Below, one piece after another: positions 41,601 to 54,300 of a stretch of DNA of 64,000 nucleotides. The position numbers were made by a program, and so were the translations under genes. Origin of the DNA: the human T2T-CHM13v2.0 reference genome, Homo sapiens. The notes under the pieces are model-generated. The model was not told the origin of the DNA. It was given only the letters and a program-made list of their open reading frames with translations, and searched no databases. Where the stretch lies: NCBI RefSeq assembly GCF_009914755.1, contig NC_060941.1; one strand, written 5' to 3'. Positions within the stretch are counted from its first letter, which is position 1; each line of letters opens with the position of its first letter.

Positions 41601-44600
41601 TGGATACGTGGACCTCTCCGAAGATGTCTTTGGAAACGGGAATATCTTCACATAAAAACTAAACAGAAGCATTCTCAGAAACTTCTCTGTGATGTTTGTG
41701 TTCAACTCCCAGAGTTTCACATTGCTTTTCATAGAGTAGTTCTGAAACATGCTTTTCGTAGTGTCTACAAGTGGACATTTGGAGCGCTTTCAGGCCTGTG
41801 GTGGAAAACGAATTATGGTCACATAAAAACTGGAGAGAAGCATTGTCAGAAACTTCTTTGTGATGATTGCATTCAACTCACAGAGTTGAAGGTTCCTTTT
41901 CAAAGAGCAGTTTCCAATCACTCTTTCTGTGGAATCTGCAAGTGGATATTTGGACCTATTTTGAAGATTTCGTTGGAAACGGGAGAATCTTCACAGGAAA
42001 GCTAAACAGAAGCATTCTCAGAAACTTCTTTGTGATGCTTGCATTCAACTCACAGAGTTGAACTTTCCTTTCGAGAGAGAAGCTTTGAAACACTCTTTTT
42101 CCAGAATCTGCAAGTGGACATTTGGAGGGCTTTGAGGCCTGTGGTGGAAAAGGAATTATCTTCCCGTAAAAGCTAGATAGAAGCATTCTCAGAAACTACT
42201 TTGTGATGATTGCATTCAAGTCACAGAGTTGAACATTCCCTTTGACAGAGCAGTTTGGAAACTCTCTTTGTGTAGAATCTGCAAGTGGAGATATGGACCG
42301 CTTTGAGGCCTATGGTAGTAAAGGAAATAGCTTCATATAAAAGCTAGACAGTAGCATTCACAGAAAACTCTTGGTGACGACTGAGTTTAACTCACAGAGC
42401 TGAACATTCCTTTGGATGGAGCAGTTTCGAAACACACTATTTGTAGAATGTGCAAGTGGATATTTAGGCCTCTCTGAGGATTTCGTTGGAAACGGGATAA
42501 ACCGCACAGAACTAAACAGAAGCATTCTCAGAACCTTCTTCGTGATGTTTGCATTCAACTCACAGTGTTGAACCTTTCTTTGATAGTTCAGGTTTGAAAC
42601 GGTCTTTCTGCAGAAACTGCAAGTAGATATTTGGACCTCTCTGAGGATTTCGTTGGAAACGGGATACCCCGCACAGAACTAAAACAGAAGCATTCTCAGA
42701 ACCCTCTTCGTGATGTTTGCATTCAACTCACAGTGCTGAACCTTTCTTTGATAGTTCAGCTTTGAAACACTCTTTTTGTAGAAACTGCAAGTGGATATTT
42801 GGTCCTCTCTGAGGATTTCGTTGGAAACGGGATAAACTGCACAGAACTAAACAGAAGCATTCTCAGAACCTTCTTCGTGATGTCTGCATTCAACTCACAG
42901 TGTGGAACCTTTCTTTGATAGTTCAGGTTTGAAACACTCTTTTTGTAGAAACTGCAAGGGGATAATTGCACTCTTTGAGGAGTACCGTAGTAAAGGAAAT
43001 AACTTCCTATAAAAAGAAGACAGAAGCTTTCTCAGAAAATTCTTTGGGATGATTGAGTTGAACTCACAGAGCTGAGCATTCCTTGCGATGTAGCAGTTTA
43101 GAAACACACTTTCTGCAGAATCTGCAAGTGCATATTTGGACCTCTGTGAGGAATTCGTTGGAAACGGGATAATTTCAGCTGACTAAACAGAAGCAGTCTC
43201 AGAATCTTCTTTGTGATGTTTGCATTCAAATCCCCGAGTTGAACTTTCCTTTCAAAGTTCACGTTTGAAACACTCTTTTTGCAGGATCTACAAGTGGATA
43301 TTTGGACCACTCTGTGTCCTTCGATCGAAACGGGTATATCTTCACATGACATCTAGACAGAAGCATCCTCAGAAGCTTCTCTGTGATGACTGCATTCAAC
43401 TCACGGAGTTGAACACTCCTTTTGAGAGCGCAGTTTTGAAACTCTCTTTCTGTGGCATCTGCAAGGGGACATGTAGACCTCTTTGAAGATTTCGTTGGAA
43501 ACGGAATCATCTTCACATAAAAACTATACAGATGCATTCTCAGGAACTTTTTGGTGATGTTTGTATTCAACTCCCAGAGTTGAACTTTCCTTTGGAAAGA
43601 GCAGCTATGAAACACTCTTTTTCTAGAATCTGCAAGTGGACGTTTGGAGGGCTTTGTGGTTTGTGGTGGAAAAGGAAATATCTTCACCTAAATACTAGAT
43701 AGAAGCATTCTCAGAAACTGCTTTGTGATGATTGCATTCACCTCACAGAGTTGAACATTCCTATTGATAGAGCAGTTTGGAAACACTCTTGTTGTGGAAT
43801 GTGCAAGTGGAGATTTGGAGCGCTTTGAGGCCTATGGTAGTAAAGGGAATAGCTTCATAGAAAAACTAGACAGAAGCATTCTCAGAAAATACTTTGTGAT
43901 GATTGAGTTTAACTCACAGAGCTGAACATTCCTTTGGATGGAGCAGGTTTGAGACACACTTTTTGTAGAATCTACAAGTGGATATTTGGACCTCTCTGAG
44001 GATTTCGTTGGAAACGGGATAACTGCACCTAACTAAACGGAAGCATTCTCAGAAACTTCTTGGTGATGTTTGCATTCAAATCCCAGAGTTGAACCTTCCT
44101 TTGATAGTTCAGGTTTGAAACACTCTTTTTGTAGGATCTGCAAGTGGATATTTGGACCACTCTGTGGCCTTCGTTCGAAACGGGTATATCTTCGCATAAA
44201 ATCTAGACAGAAGCCTTCTCAGAAACTTCTCTGTGATGATTGCATTCAACTCACAGAGTTGAACCCTCCTATGGATAGAGCAGTGTTGAAACTCTCTTTT
44301 TGTGGAATCTGCAAGTGGATACGTGGACCTCTCCGAAGATGTCTTTGGAAACGGGAATATCTTCACATAAAAACTAAACAGAAGCATTCTCAGAAACTTC
44401 TCTGTGATGTTTGTGTTCAACTCCCAGAGTTTCACATTGCTTTTCATAGAGTAGTTCTGAAACATGCTTTTCGTAGTGTCTACAAGTGGACATTTGGAGC
44501 GCTTTCAGGCCTGTGGTGGAAAACGAATTATGGTCACATAAAAACTGGAGAGAAGCATTGTCAGAAACTTCTTTGTGATGATTGCATTCAACTCACAGAG

Positions 44601-47600
44601 TTGAAGGTTCCTTTTCAAAGAGCAGTTTCCAATCACTCTTTCTGTGGAATCTGCAAGTGGATATTTGGACCTATTTTGAAGATTTCGTTGGAAACGGGAG
44701 AATCTTCACAGGAAAGCTAAACAGAAGCATTCTCAGAAACTTCTTTGTGATGCTTGCATTCAACTCACAGAGTTGAACTTTCCTTTCGAGAGAGAAGCTT
44801 TGAAACACTCTTTTTCCAGAATCTGCAAGTGGACATTTGGAGGGCTTTGAGGCCTGTGGTGGAAAAGGAATTATCTTCCCGTAAAAGCTAGATAGAAGCA
44901 TTCTCAGAAACTACTTTGTGATGATTGCATTCAAGTCACAGAGTTGAACATTCCCTTTGACAGAGCAGTTTGGAAACTCTCTTTGTGTAGAATCTGCAAG
45001 TGGAGATATGGACCGCTTTGAGGCCTATGGTAGTAAAGGAAATAGCTTCATATAAAAGCTAGACAGTAGCATTCACAGAAAACTCTTGGTGACGACTGAG
45101 TTTAACTCACAGAGCTGAACATTCCTTTGGATGGAGCAGTTTCGAAACACACTATTTGTAGAATGTGCAAGTGGATATTTAGGCCTCTCTGAGGATTTCG
45201 TTGGAAACGGGATAAACCGCACAGAACTAAACAGAAGCATTCTCAGAACCTTCTTCGTGATGTTTGCATTCAACTCACAGTGTTGAACCTTTCTTTGATA
45301 GTTCAGGTTTGAAACGGTCTTTCTGCAGAAACTGCAAGTAGATATTTGGACCTCTCTGAGGATTTCGTTGGAAACGGGATACCCCGCACAGAACTAAAAC
45401 AGAAGCATTCTCAGAACCCTCTTCGTGATGTTTGCATTCAACTCACAGTGCTGAACCTTTCTTTGATAGTTCAGCTTTGAAACACTCTTTTTGTAGAAAC
45501 TGCAAGTGGATATTTGGTCCTCTCTGAGGAATTCGTTGGAAACGGGATAAACTGCACAGAACTAAACAGAAGCATTCTCAGAACCTTCTTCGTGATGTCT
45601 GCATTCAACTCACAGTGTGGAACCTTTCTTTGATAGTTCAGGTTTGAAACACTCTTTTTGTAGAAACTGCAAGGGGATAATTGCACTCTTTGAGGAGTAC
45701 CGTAGTAAAGGAAATAACTTCCTATAAAAAGAAGACAGAAGCTTTCTCAGAAAATTCTTTGGGATGATTGAGTTGAACTCACAGAGCTGAGCATTCCTTG
45801 CGATGTAGCAGTTTAGAAACACACTTTCTGCAGAATCTGCAAGTGCATATTTGGACCTCTGTGAGGAATTCGTTGGAAACGGGATAATTTCAGCTGACTA
45901 AACAGAAGCAGTCTCAGAATCTTCTTTGTGATGTTTGCATTCAAATCCCCGAGTTGAACTTTCCTTTCAAAGTTCACGTTTGAAACACTCTTTTTGCAGG
46001 ATCTACAAGTGGATATTTGGACCACTCTGTGTCCTTCGATCGAAACGGGTATATCTTCACATGACATCTAGACAGAAGCATCCTCAGAAGCTTCTCTGTG
46101 ATGACTGCATTCAACTCACGGAGTTGAACACTCCTTTTGAGAGCGCAGTTTTGAAACTCTCTTTCTGTGGCATCTGCAAGGGGACATGTAGACCTCTTTG
46201 AAGATTTCGTTGGAAACGGAATCATCTTCACATAAAAACTATACAGATGCATTCTCAGGAACTTTTTGGTGATGTTTGTATTCAACTCCCAGAGTTGAAC
46301 TTTCCTTTGGAAAGAGCAGCTATGAAACACTCTTTTTCTAGAATCTGCAAGTGGACGTTTGGAGGGCTTTGTGGTTTGTGGTGGAAAAGGAAATATCTTC
46401 ACCTAAATACTAGATAGAAGCATTCTCAGAAACTGCTTTGTGATGATTGCATTCACCTCACAGAGTTGAACATTCCTATTGATAGAGCAGTTTGGAAACA
46501 CTCTTGTTGTGGAATGTGCAAGTGGAGATTTGGAGCGCTTTGAGGCCTATGGTAGTAAAGGGAATAGCTTCATAGAAAAACTAGACAGAAGCATTCTCAG
46601 AAAATACTTTGTGATGATTGAGTTTAACTCACAGAGCTGAACATTCCTTTGGATGGAGCAGGTTTGAGACACACTTTTTGTAGAATCTACAAGTGGATAT
46701 TTGGACCTCTCTGAGGATTTCGTTGGAAACGGGATAACTGCACCTAACTAAACGGAAGCATTCTCAGAAACTTCTTGGTGATGTTTGCATTCAAATCCCA
46801 GAGTTGAACCTTCCTTTGATAGTTCAGGTTTGAAACACTCTTTTTGTAGGATCTGCAAGTGGATATTTGGACCACTCTGTGGCCTTCGTTCGAAACGGGT
46901 ATATCTTCGCATAAAATCTAGACAGAAGCCTTCTCAGAAACTTCTCTGTGATGATTGCATTCAACTCACAGAGTTGAACCCTCCTATGGATAGAGCAGTG
47001 TTGAAACTCTCTTTTTGTGGAATCTGCAAGTGGATACGTGGACCTCTCCGAAGATGTCTTTGGAAACGGGAATATCTTCACATAAAAACTAAACAGAAGC
47101 ATTCTCAGAAACTTCTCTGTGATGTTTGTGTTCAACTCCCAGAGTTTCACATTGCTTTTCATAGAGTAGTTCTGAAACATGCTTTTCGTAGTGTCTACAA
47201 GTGGACATTTGGAGCGCTTTCAGGCCTGTGGTGGAAAACGAATTATGGTCACATAAAAACTGGAGAGAAGCATTGTCAGAAACTTCTTTGTGATGATTGC
47301 ATTCAACTCACAGAGTTGAAGGTTCCTTTTCAAAGAGCAGTTTCCAATCACTCTTTCTGTGGAATCTGCAAGTGGATATTTGGACCTATTTTGAAGATTT
47401 CGTTGGAAACGGGAGAATCTTCACAGGAAAGCTAAACAGAAGCATTCTCAGAAACTTCTTTGTGATGCTTGCATTCAACTCACAGAGTTGAACTTTCCTT
47501 TCGAGAGAGAAGCTTTGAAACACTCTTTTTCCAGAATCTGCAAGTGGACATTTGGAGGGCTTTGAGGCCTGTGGTGGAAAAGGAATTATCTTCCCGTAAA

Positions 47601-50600
47601 AGCTAGATAGAAGCATTCTCAGAAACTACTTTGTGATGATTGCATTCAAGTCACAGAGTTGAACATTCCCTTTGACAGAGCAGTTTGGAAACTCTCTTTG
47701 TGTAGAATCTGCAAGTGGAGATATGGACCGCTTTGAGGCCTATGGTAGTAAAGGAAATAGCTTCATATAAAAGCTAGACAGTAGCATTCACAGAAAACTC
47801 TTGGTGACGACTGAGTTTAACTCACAGAGCTGAACATTCCTTTGGATGGAGCAGTTTCGAAACACACTATTTGTAGAATGTGCAAGTGGATATTTAGGCC
47901 TCTCTGAGGATTTCGTTGGAAACGGGATAAACCGCACAGAACTAAACAGAAGCATTCTCAGAACCTTCTTCGTGATGTTTGCATTCAACTCACAGTGTTG
48001 AACCTTTCTTTGATAGTTCAGGTTTGAAACGGTCTTTCTGCAGAAACTGCAAGTAGATATTTGGACCTCTCTGAGGATTTCGTTGGAAACGGGATACCCC
48101 GCACAGAACTAAAACAGAAGCATTCTCAGAACCCTCTTCGTGATGTTTGCATTCAACTCACAGTGCTGAACCTTTCTTTGATAGTTCAGCTTTGAAACAC
48201 TCTTTTTGTAGAAACTGCAAGTGGATATTTGGTCCTCTCTGAGGAATTCGTTGGAAACGGGATAAACTGCACAGAACTAAACAGAAGCATTCTCAGAACC
48301 TTCTTCGTGATGTCTGCATTCAACTCACAGTGTGGAACCTTTCTTTGATAGTTCAGGTTTGAAACACTCTTTTTGTAGAAACTGCAAGGGGATAATTGCA
48401 CTCTTTGAGGAGTACCGTAGTAAAGGAAATAACTTCCTATAAAAAGAAGACAGAAGCTTTCTCAGAAAATTCTTTGGGATGATTGAGTTGAACTCACAGA
48501 GCTGAGCATTCCTTGCGATGTAGCAGTTTAGAAACACACTTTCTGCAGAATCTGCAAGTGCATATTTGGACCTCTGTGAGGAATTCGTTGGAAACGGGAT
48601 AATTTCAGCTGACTAAACAGAAGCAGTCTCAGAATCTTCTTTGTGATGTTTGCATTCAAATCCCCGAGTTGAACTTTCCTTTCAAAGTTCACGTTTGAAA
48701 CACTCTTTTTGCAGGATCTACAAGTGGATATTTGGACCACTCTGTGTCCTTCGATCGAAACGGGTATATCTTCACATGACATCTAGACAGAAGCATCCTC
48801 AGAAGCTTCTCTGTGATGACTGCATTCAACTCACGGAGTTGAACACTCCTTTTGAGAGCGCAGTTTTGAAACTCTCTTTCTGTGGCATCTGCAAGGGGAC
48901 ATGTAGACCTCTTTGAAGATTTCGTTGGAAACGGAATCATCTTCACATAAAAACTATACAGATGCATTCTCAGGAACTTTTTGGTGATGTTTGTATTCAA
49001 CTCCCAGAGTTGAACTTTCCTTTGGAAAGAGCAGCTATGAAACACTCTTTTTCTAGAATCTGCAAGTGGACGTTTGGAGGGCTTTGTGGTTTGTGGTGGA
49101 AAAGGAAATATCTTCACCTAAATACTAGATAGAAGCATTCTCAGAAACTGCTTTGTGATGATTGCATTCACCTCACAGAGTTGAACATTCCTATTGATAG
49201 AGCAGTTTGGAAACACTCTTGTTGTGGAATGTGCAAGTGGAGATTTGGAGCGCTTTGAGGCCTATGGTAGTAAAGGGAATAGCTTCATAGAAAAACTAGA
49301 CAGAAGCATTCTCAGAAAATACTTTGTGATGATTGAGTTTAACTCACAGAGCTGAACATTCCTTTGGATGGAGCAGGTTTGAGACACACTTTTTGTAGAA
49401 TCTACAAGTGGATATTTGGACCTCTCTGAGGATTTCGTTGGAAACGGGATAACTGCACCTAACTAAACGGAAGCATTCTCAGAAACTTCTTGGTGATGTT
49501 TGCATTCAAATCCCAGAGTTGAACCTTCCTTTGATAGTTCAGGTTTGAAACACTCTTTTTGTAGGATCTGCAAGTGGATATTTGGACCACTCTGTGGCCT
49601 TCGTTCGAAACGGGTATATCTTCGCATAAAATCTAGACAGAAGCCTTCTCAGAAACTTCTCTGTGATGATTGCATTCAACTCACAGAGTTGAACCCTCCT
49701 ATGGATAGAGCAGTGTTGAAACTCTCTTTTTGTGGAATCTGCAAGTGGATACGTGGACCTCTCCGAAGATGTCTTTGGAAACGGGAATATCTTCACATAA
49801 AAACTAAACAGAAGCATTCTCAGAAACTTCTCTGTGATGTTTGTGTTCAACTCCCAGAGTTTCACATTGCTTTTCATAGAGTAGTTCTGAAACATGCTTT
49901 TCGTAGTGTCTACAAGTGGACATTTGGAGCGCTTTCAGGCCTGTGGTGGAAAACGAATTATGGTCACATAAAAACTGGAGAGAAGCATTGTCAGAAACTT
50001 CTTTGTGATGATTGCATTCAACTCACAGAGTTGAAGGTTCCTTTTCAAAGAGCAGTTTCCAATCACTCTTTCTGTGGAATCTGCAAGTGGATATTTGGAC
50101 CTATTTTGAAGATTTCGTTGGAAACGGGAGAATCTTCACAGGAAAGCTAAACAGAAGCATTCTCAGAAACTTCTTTGTGATGCTTGCATTCAACTCACAG
50201 AGTTGAACTTTCCTTTCGAGAGAGAAGCTTTGAAACACTCTTTTTCCAGAATCTGCAAGTGGACATTTGGAGGGCTTTGAGGCCTGTGGTGGAAAAGGAA
50301 TTATCTTCCCGTAAAAGCTAGATAGAAGCATTCTCAGAAACTACTTTGTGATGATTGCATTCAAGTCACAGAGTTGAACATTCCCTTTGACAGAGCAGTT
50401 TGGAAACTCTCTTTGTGTAGAATCTGCAAGTGGAGATATGGACCGCTTTGAGGCCTATGGTAGTAAAGGAAATAGCTTCATATAAAAGCTAGACAGTAGC
50501 ATTCACAGAAAACTCTTGGTGACGACTGAGTTTAACTCACAGAGCTGAACATTCCTTTGGATGGAGCAGTTTCGAAACACACTATTTGTAGAATGTGCAA

Positions 50601-53600
50601 GTGGATATTTAGGCCTCTCTGAGGATTTCGTTGGAAACGGGATAAACCGCACAGAACTAAACAGAAGCATTCTCAGAACCTTCTTCGTGATGTTTGCATT
50701 CAACTCACAGTGTTGAACCTTTCTTTGATAGTTCAGGTTTGAAACGGTCTTTCTGCAGAAACTGCAAGTAGATATTTGGACCGCTCTGAGGATTTCGTTG
50801 GAAACGGGATAACCCGCACAGAACTAAAACAGAAGCATTCTCAGAACCCTCTTCGTGATGTTTGCATTCAACTCACAGTGCTGAACCTTTCTTTGATAGT
50901 TCAGCTTTGAAACACTCTTTTTGTAGAAACTGCAAGTGGATATTTGGTCCTCTCTGAGGATTTCGTTGGAAACGGGATAAACTGCACAGAACTAAACAGA
51001 AGCATTCTCAGAACCTTCTTCGTGATGTCTGCATTCAACTCACAGTGTGGAACCTTTCTTTGATAGTTCAGGTTTGAAACACTCTTTTTGTAGAAACTGC
51101 AAGGGGATAATTGCACTCTTTGAGGAGTACCGTAGTAAAGGAAATAACTTCCTATAAAAAGAAGACAGAAGCTTTCTCAGAAAATTCTTTGGGATGATTG
51201 AGTTGAACTCACAGAGCTGAGCATTCCTTGCGATGTAGCAGTTTAGAAACACACTTTCTGCAGAATCTGCAAGTGCATATTTGGACCTCTGTGAGGAATT
51301 CGTTGGAAACGGGATAATTTCAGCTGACTAAACAGAAGCAGTCTCAGAATCTTCTTTGTGATGTTTGCATTCAAATCCCCGAGTTGAACTTTCCTTTCAA
51401 AGTTCACGTTTGAAACACTCTTTTTGCAGGATCTACAAGTGGATATTTGGACCACTCTGTGTCCTTCGATCGAAACGGGTATATCTTCACATGACATCTA
51501 GACAGAAGCATCCTCAGAAGCTTCTCTGTGATGACTGCATTCAACTCACGGAGTTGAACACTCCTTTTGAGAGCGCAGTTTTGAAACTCTCTTTCTGTGG
51601 CATCTGCAAGGGGACATGTAGACCTCTTTGAAGATTTCGTTGGAAACGGAATCATCTTCACATAAAAACTATACAGATGCATTCTCAGGAACTTTTTGGT
51701 GATGTTTGTATTCAACTCCCAGAGTTGAACTTTCCTTTGGAAAGAGCAGCTATGAAACACTGTTTTTCTAGAATCTGCAAGTGGACGTTTGGAGGGCTTT
51801 GTGGTTTGTGGTGGAAAAGGAAATATCTTCACCTAAATACTAGATAGAAGCATTCTCAGAAACTGCTTTGTGATGATTGCATTCACCTCACAGAGTTGAA
51901 CATTCCTATTGATAGAGCAGTTTGGAAACACTCTTGTTGTGGAATGTGCAAGTGGAGATTTGGAGCGCTTTGAGGCCTATGGTAGTAAAGGGAATAGCTT
52001 CATAGAAAAACTAGACAGAAGCATTCTCAGAAAATACTTTGTGATGATTGAGTTTAACTCACAGAGCTGAACATTCCTTTGGATGGAGCAGGTTTGAGAC
52101 ACACTTTTTGTAGAATCTACAAGTGGATATTTGGACCTCTCTGAGGATTTCGTTGGAAACGGGATAACTGCACCTAACTAAACGGAAGCATTCTCAGAAA
52201 CTTCTTGGTGATGTTTGCATTCAAATCCCAGAGTTGAACCTTCCTTTGATAGTTCAGGTTTGAAACACTCTTTTTGTAGGATCTGCAAGTGGATATTTGG
52301 ACCACTCTGTGGCCTTCGTTCGAAACGGGTATATCTTCGCATAAAATCTAGACAGAAGCCTTCTCAGAAACTTCTCTGTGATGATTGCATTCAACTCACA
52401 GAGTTGAACCCTCCTATGGATAGAGCAGTGTTGAAACTCTCTTTTTGTGGAATCTGCAAGTGGATACGTGGACCTCTCCGAAGATGTCTTTGGAAACGGG
52501 AATATCTTCACATAAAAACTAAACAGAAGCATTCTCAGAAACTTCTCTGTGATGTTTGTGTTCAACTCCCAGAGTTTCACATTGCTTTTCATAGAGTAGT
52601 TCTGAAACATGCTTTTCGTAGTGTCTACAAGTGGACATTTGGAGCGCTTTCAGGCCTGTGGTGGAAAACGAATTATGGTCACATAAAAACTGGAGAGAAG
52701 CATTGTCAGAAACTTCTTTGTGATGATTGCATTCAACTCACAGAGTTGAAGGTTCCTTTTCAAAGAGCAGTTTCCAATCACTCTTTCTGTGGAATCTGCA
52801 AGTGGATATTTGGACCTATTTTGAAGATTTCGTTGGAAACGGGAGAATCTTCACAGGAAAGCTAAACAGAAGCATTCTCAGAAACTTCTTTGTGATGCTT
52901 GCATTCAACTCACAGAGTTGAACTTTCCTTTCGAGAGAGAAGCTTTGAAACACTCTTTTTCCAGAATCTGCAAGTGGACATTTGGAGGGCTTTGAGGCCT
53001 GTGGTGGAAAAGGAATTATCTTCCCGTAAAAGCTAGATAGAAGCATTCTCAGAAACTACTTTGTGATGATTGCATTCAAGTCACAGAGTTGAACATTCCC
53101 TTTGACAGAGCAGTTTGGAAACTCTCTTTGTGTAGAATCTGCAAGTGGAGATATGGACCGCTTTGAGGCCTATGGTAGTAAAGGAAATAGCTTCATATAA
53201 AAGCTAGACAGTAGCATTCACAGAAAACTCTTGGTGACGACTGAGTTTAACTCACAGAGCTGAACATTCCTTTGGATGGAGCAGTTTCGAAACACACTAT
53301 TTGTAGAATGTGCAAGTGGATATTTAGGCCTCTCTGAGGATTTCGTTGGAAACGGGATAAACCGCACAGAACTAAACAGAAGCATTCTCAGAACCTTCTT
53401 CGTGATGTTTGCATTCAACTCACAGTGTTGAACCTTTCTTTGATAGTTCAGGTTTGAAACGGTCTTTCTGCAGAAACTGCAAGTAGATATTTGGACCGCT
53501 CTGAGGATTTCGTTGGAAACGGGATAACCCGCACAGAACTAAAACAGAAGCATTCTCAGAACCCTCTTCGTGATGTTTGCATTCAACTCACAGTGCTGAA

Positions 53601-54300
53601 CCTTTCTTTGATAGTTCAGCTTTGAAACACTCTTTTTGTAGAAACTGCAAGTGGATATTTGGTCCTCTCTGAGGATTTCGTTGGAAACGGGATAAACTGC
53701 ACAGAACTAAACAGAAGCATTCTCAGAACCTTCTTCGTGATGTCTGCATTCAACTCACAGTGTGGAACCTTTCTTTGATAGTTCAGGTTTGAAACACTCT
53801 TTTTGTAGAAACTGCAAGGGGATAATTGCACTCTTTGAGGAGTACCGTAGTAAAGGAAATAACTTCCTATAAAAAGAAGACAGAAGCTTTCTCAGAAAAT
53901 TCTTTGGGATGATTGAGTTGAACTCACAGAGCTGAGCATTCCTTGCGATGTAGCAGTTTAGAAACACACTTTCTGCAGAATCTGCAAGTGCATATTTGGA
54001 CCTCTGTGAGGAATTCGTTGGAAACGGGATAATTTCAGCTGACTAAACAGAAGCAGTCTCAGAATCTTCTTTGTGATGTTTGCATTCAAATCCCCGAGTT
54101 GAACTTTCCTTTCAAAGTTCACGTTTGAAACACTCTTTTTGCAGGATCTACAAGTGGATATTTGGACCACTCTGTGTCCTTCGATCGAAACGGGTATATC
54201 TTCACATGACATCTAGACAGAAGCATCCTCAGAAGCTTCTCTGTGATGACTGCATTCAACTCACGGAGTTGAACACTCCTTTTGAGAGCGCAGTTTTGAA

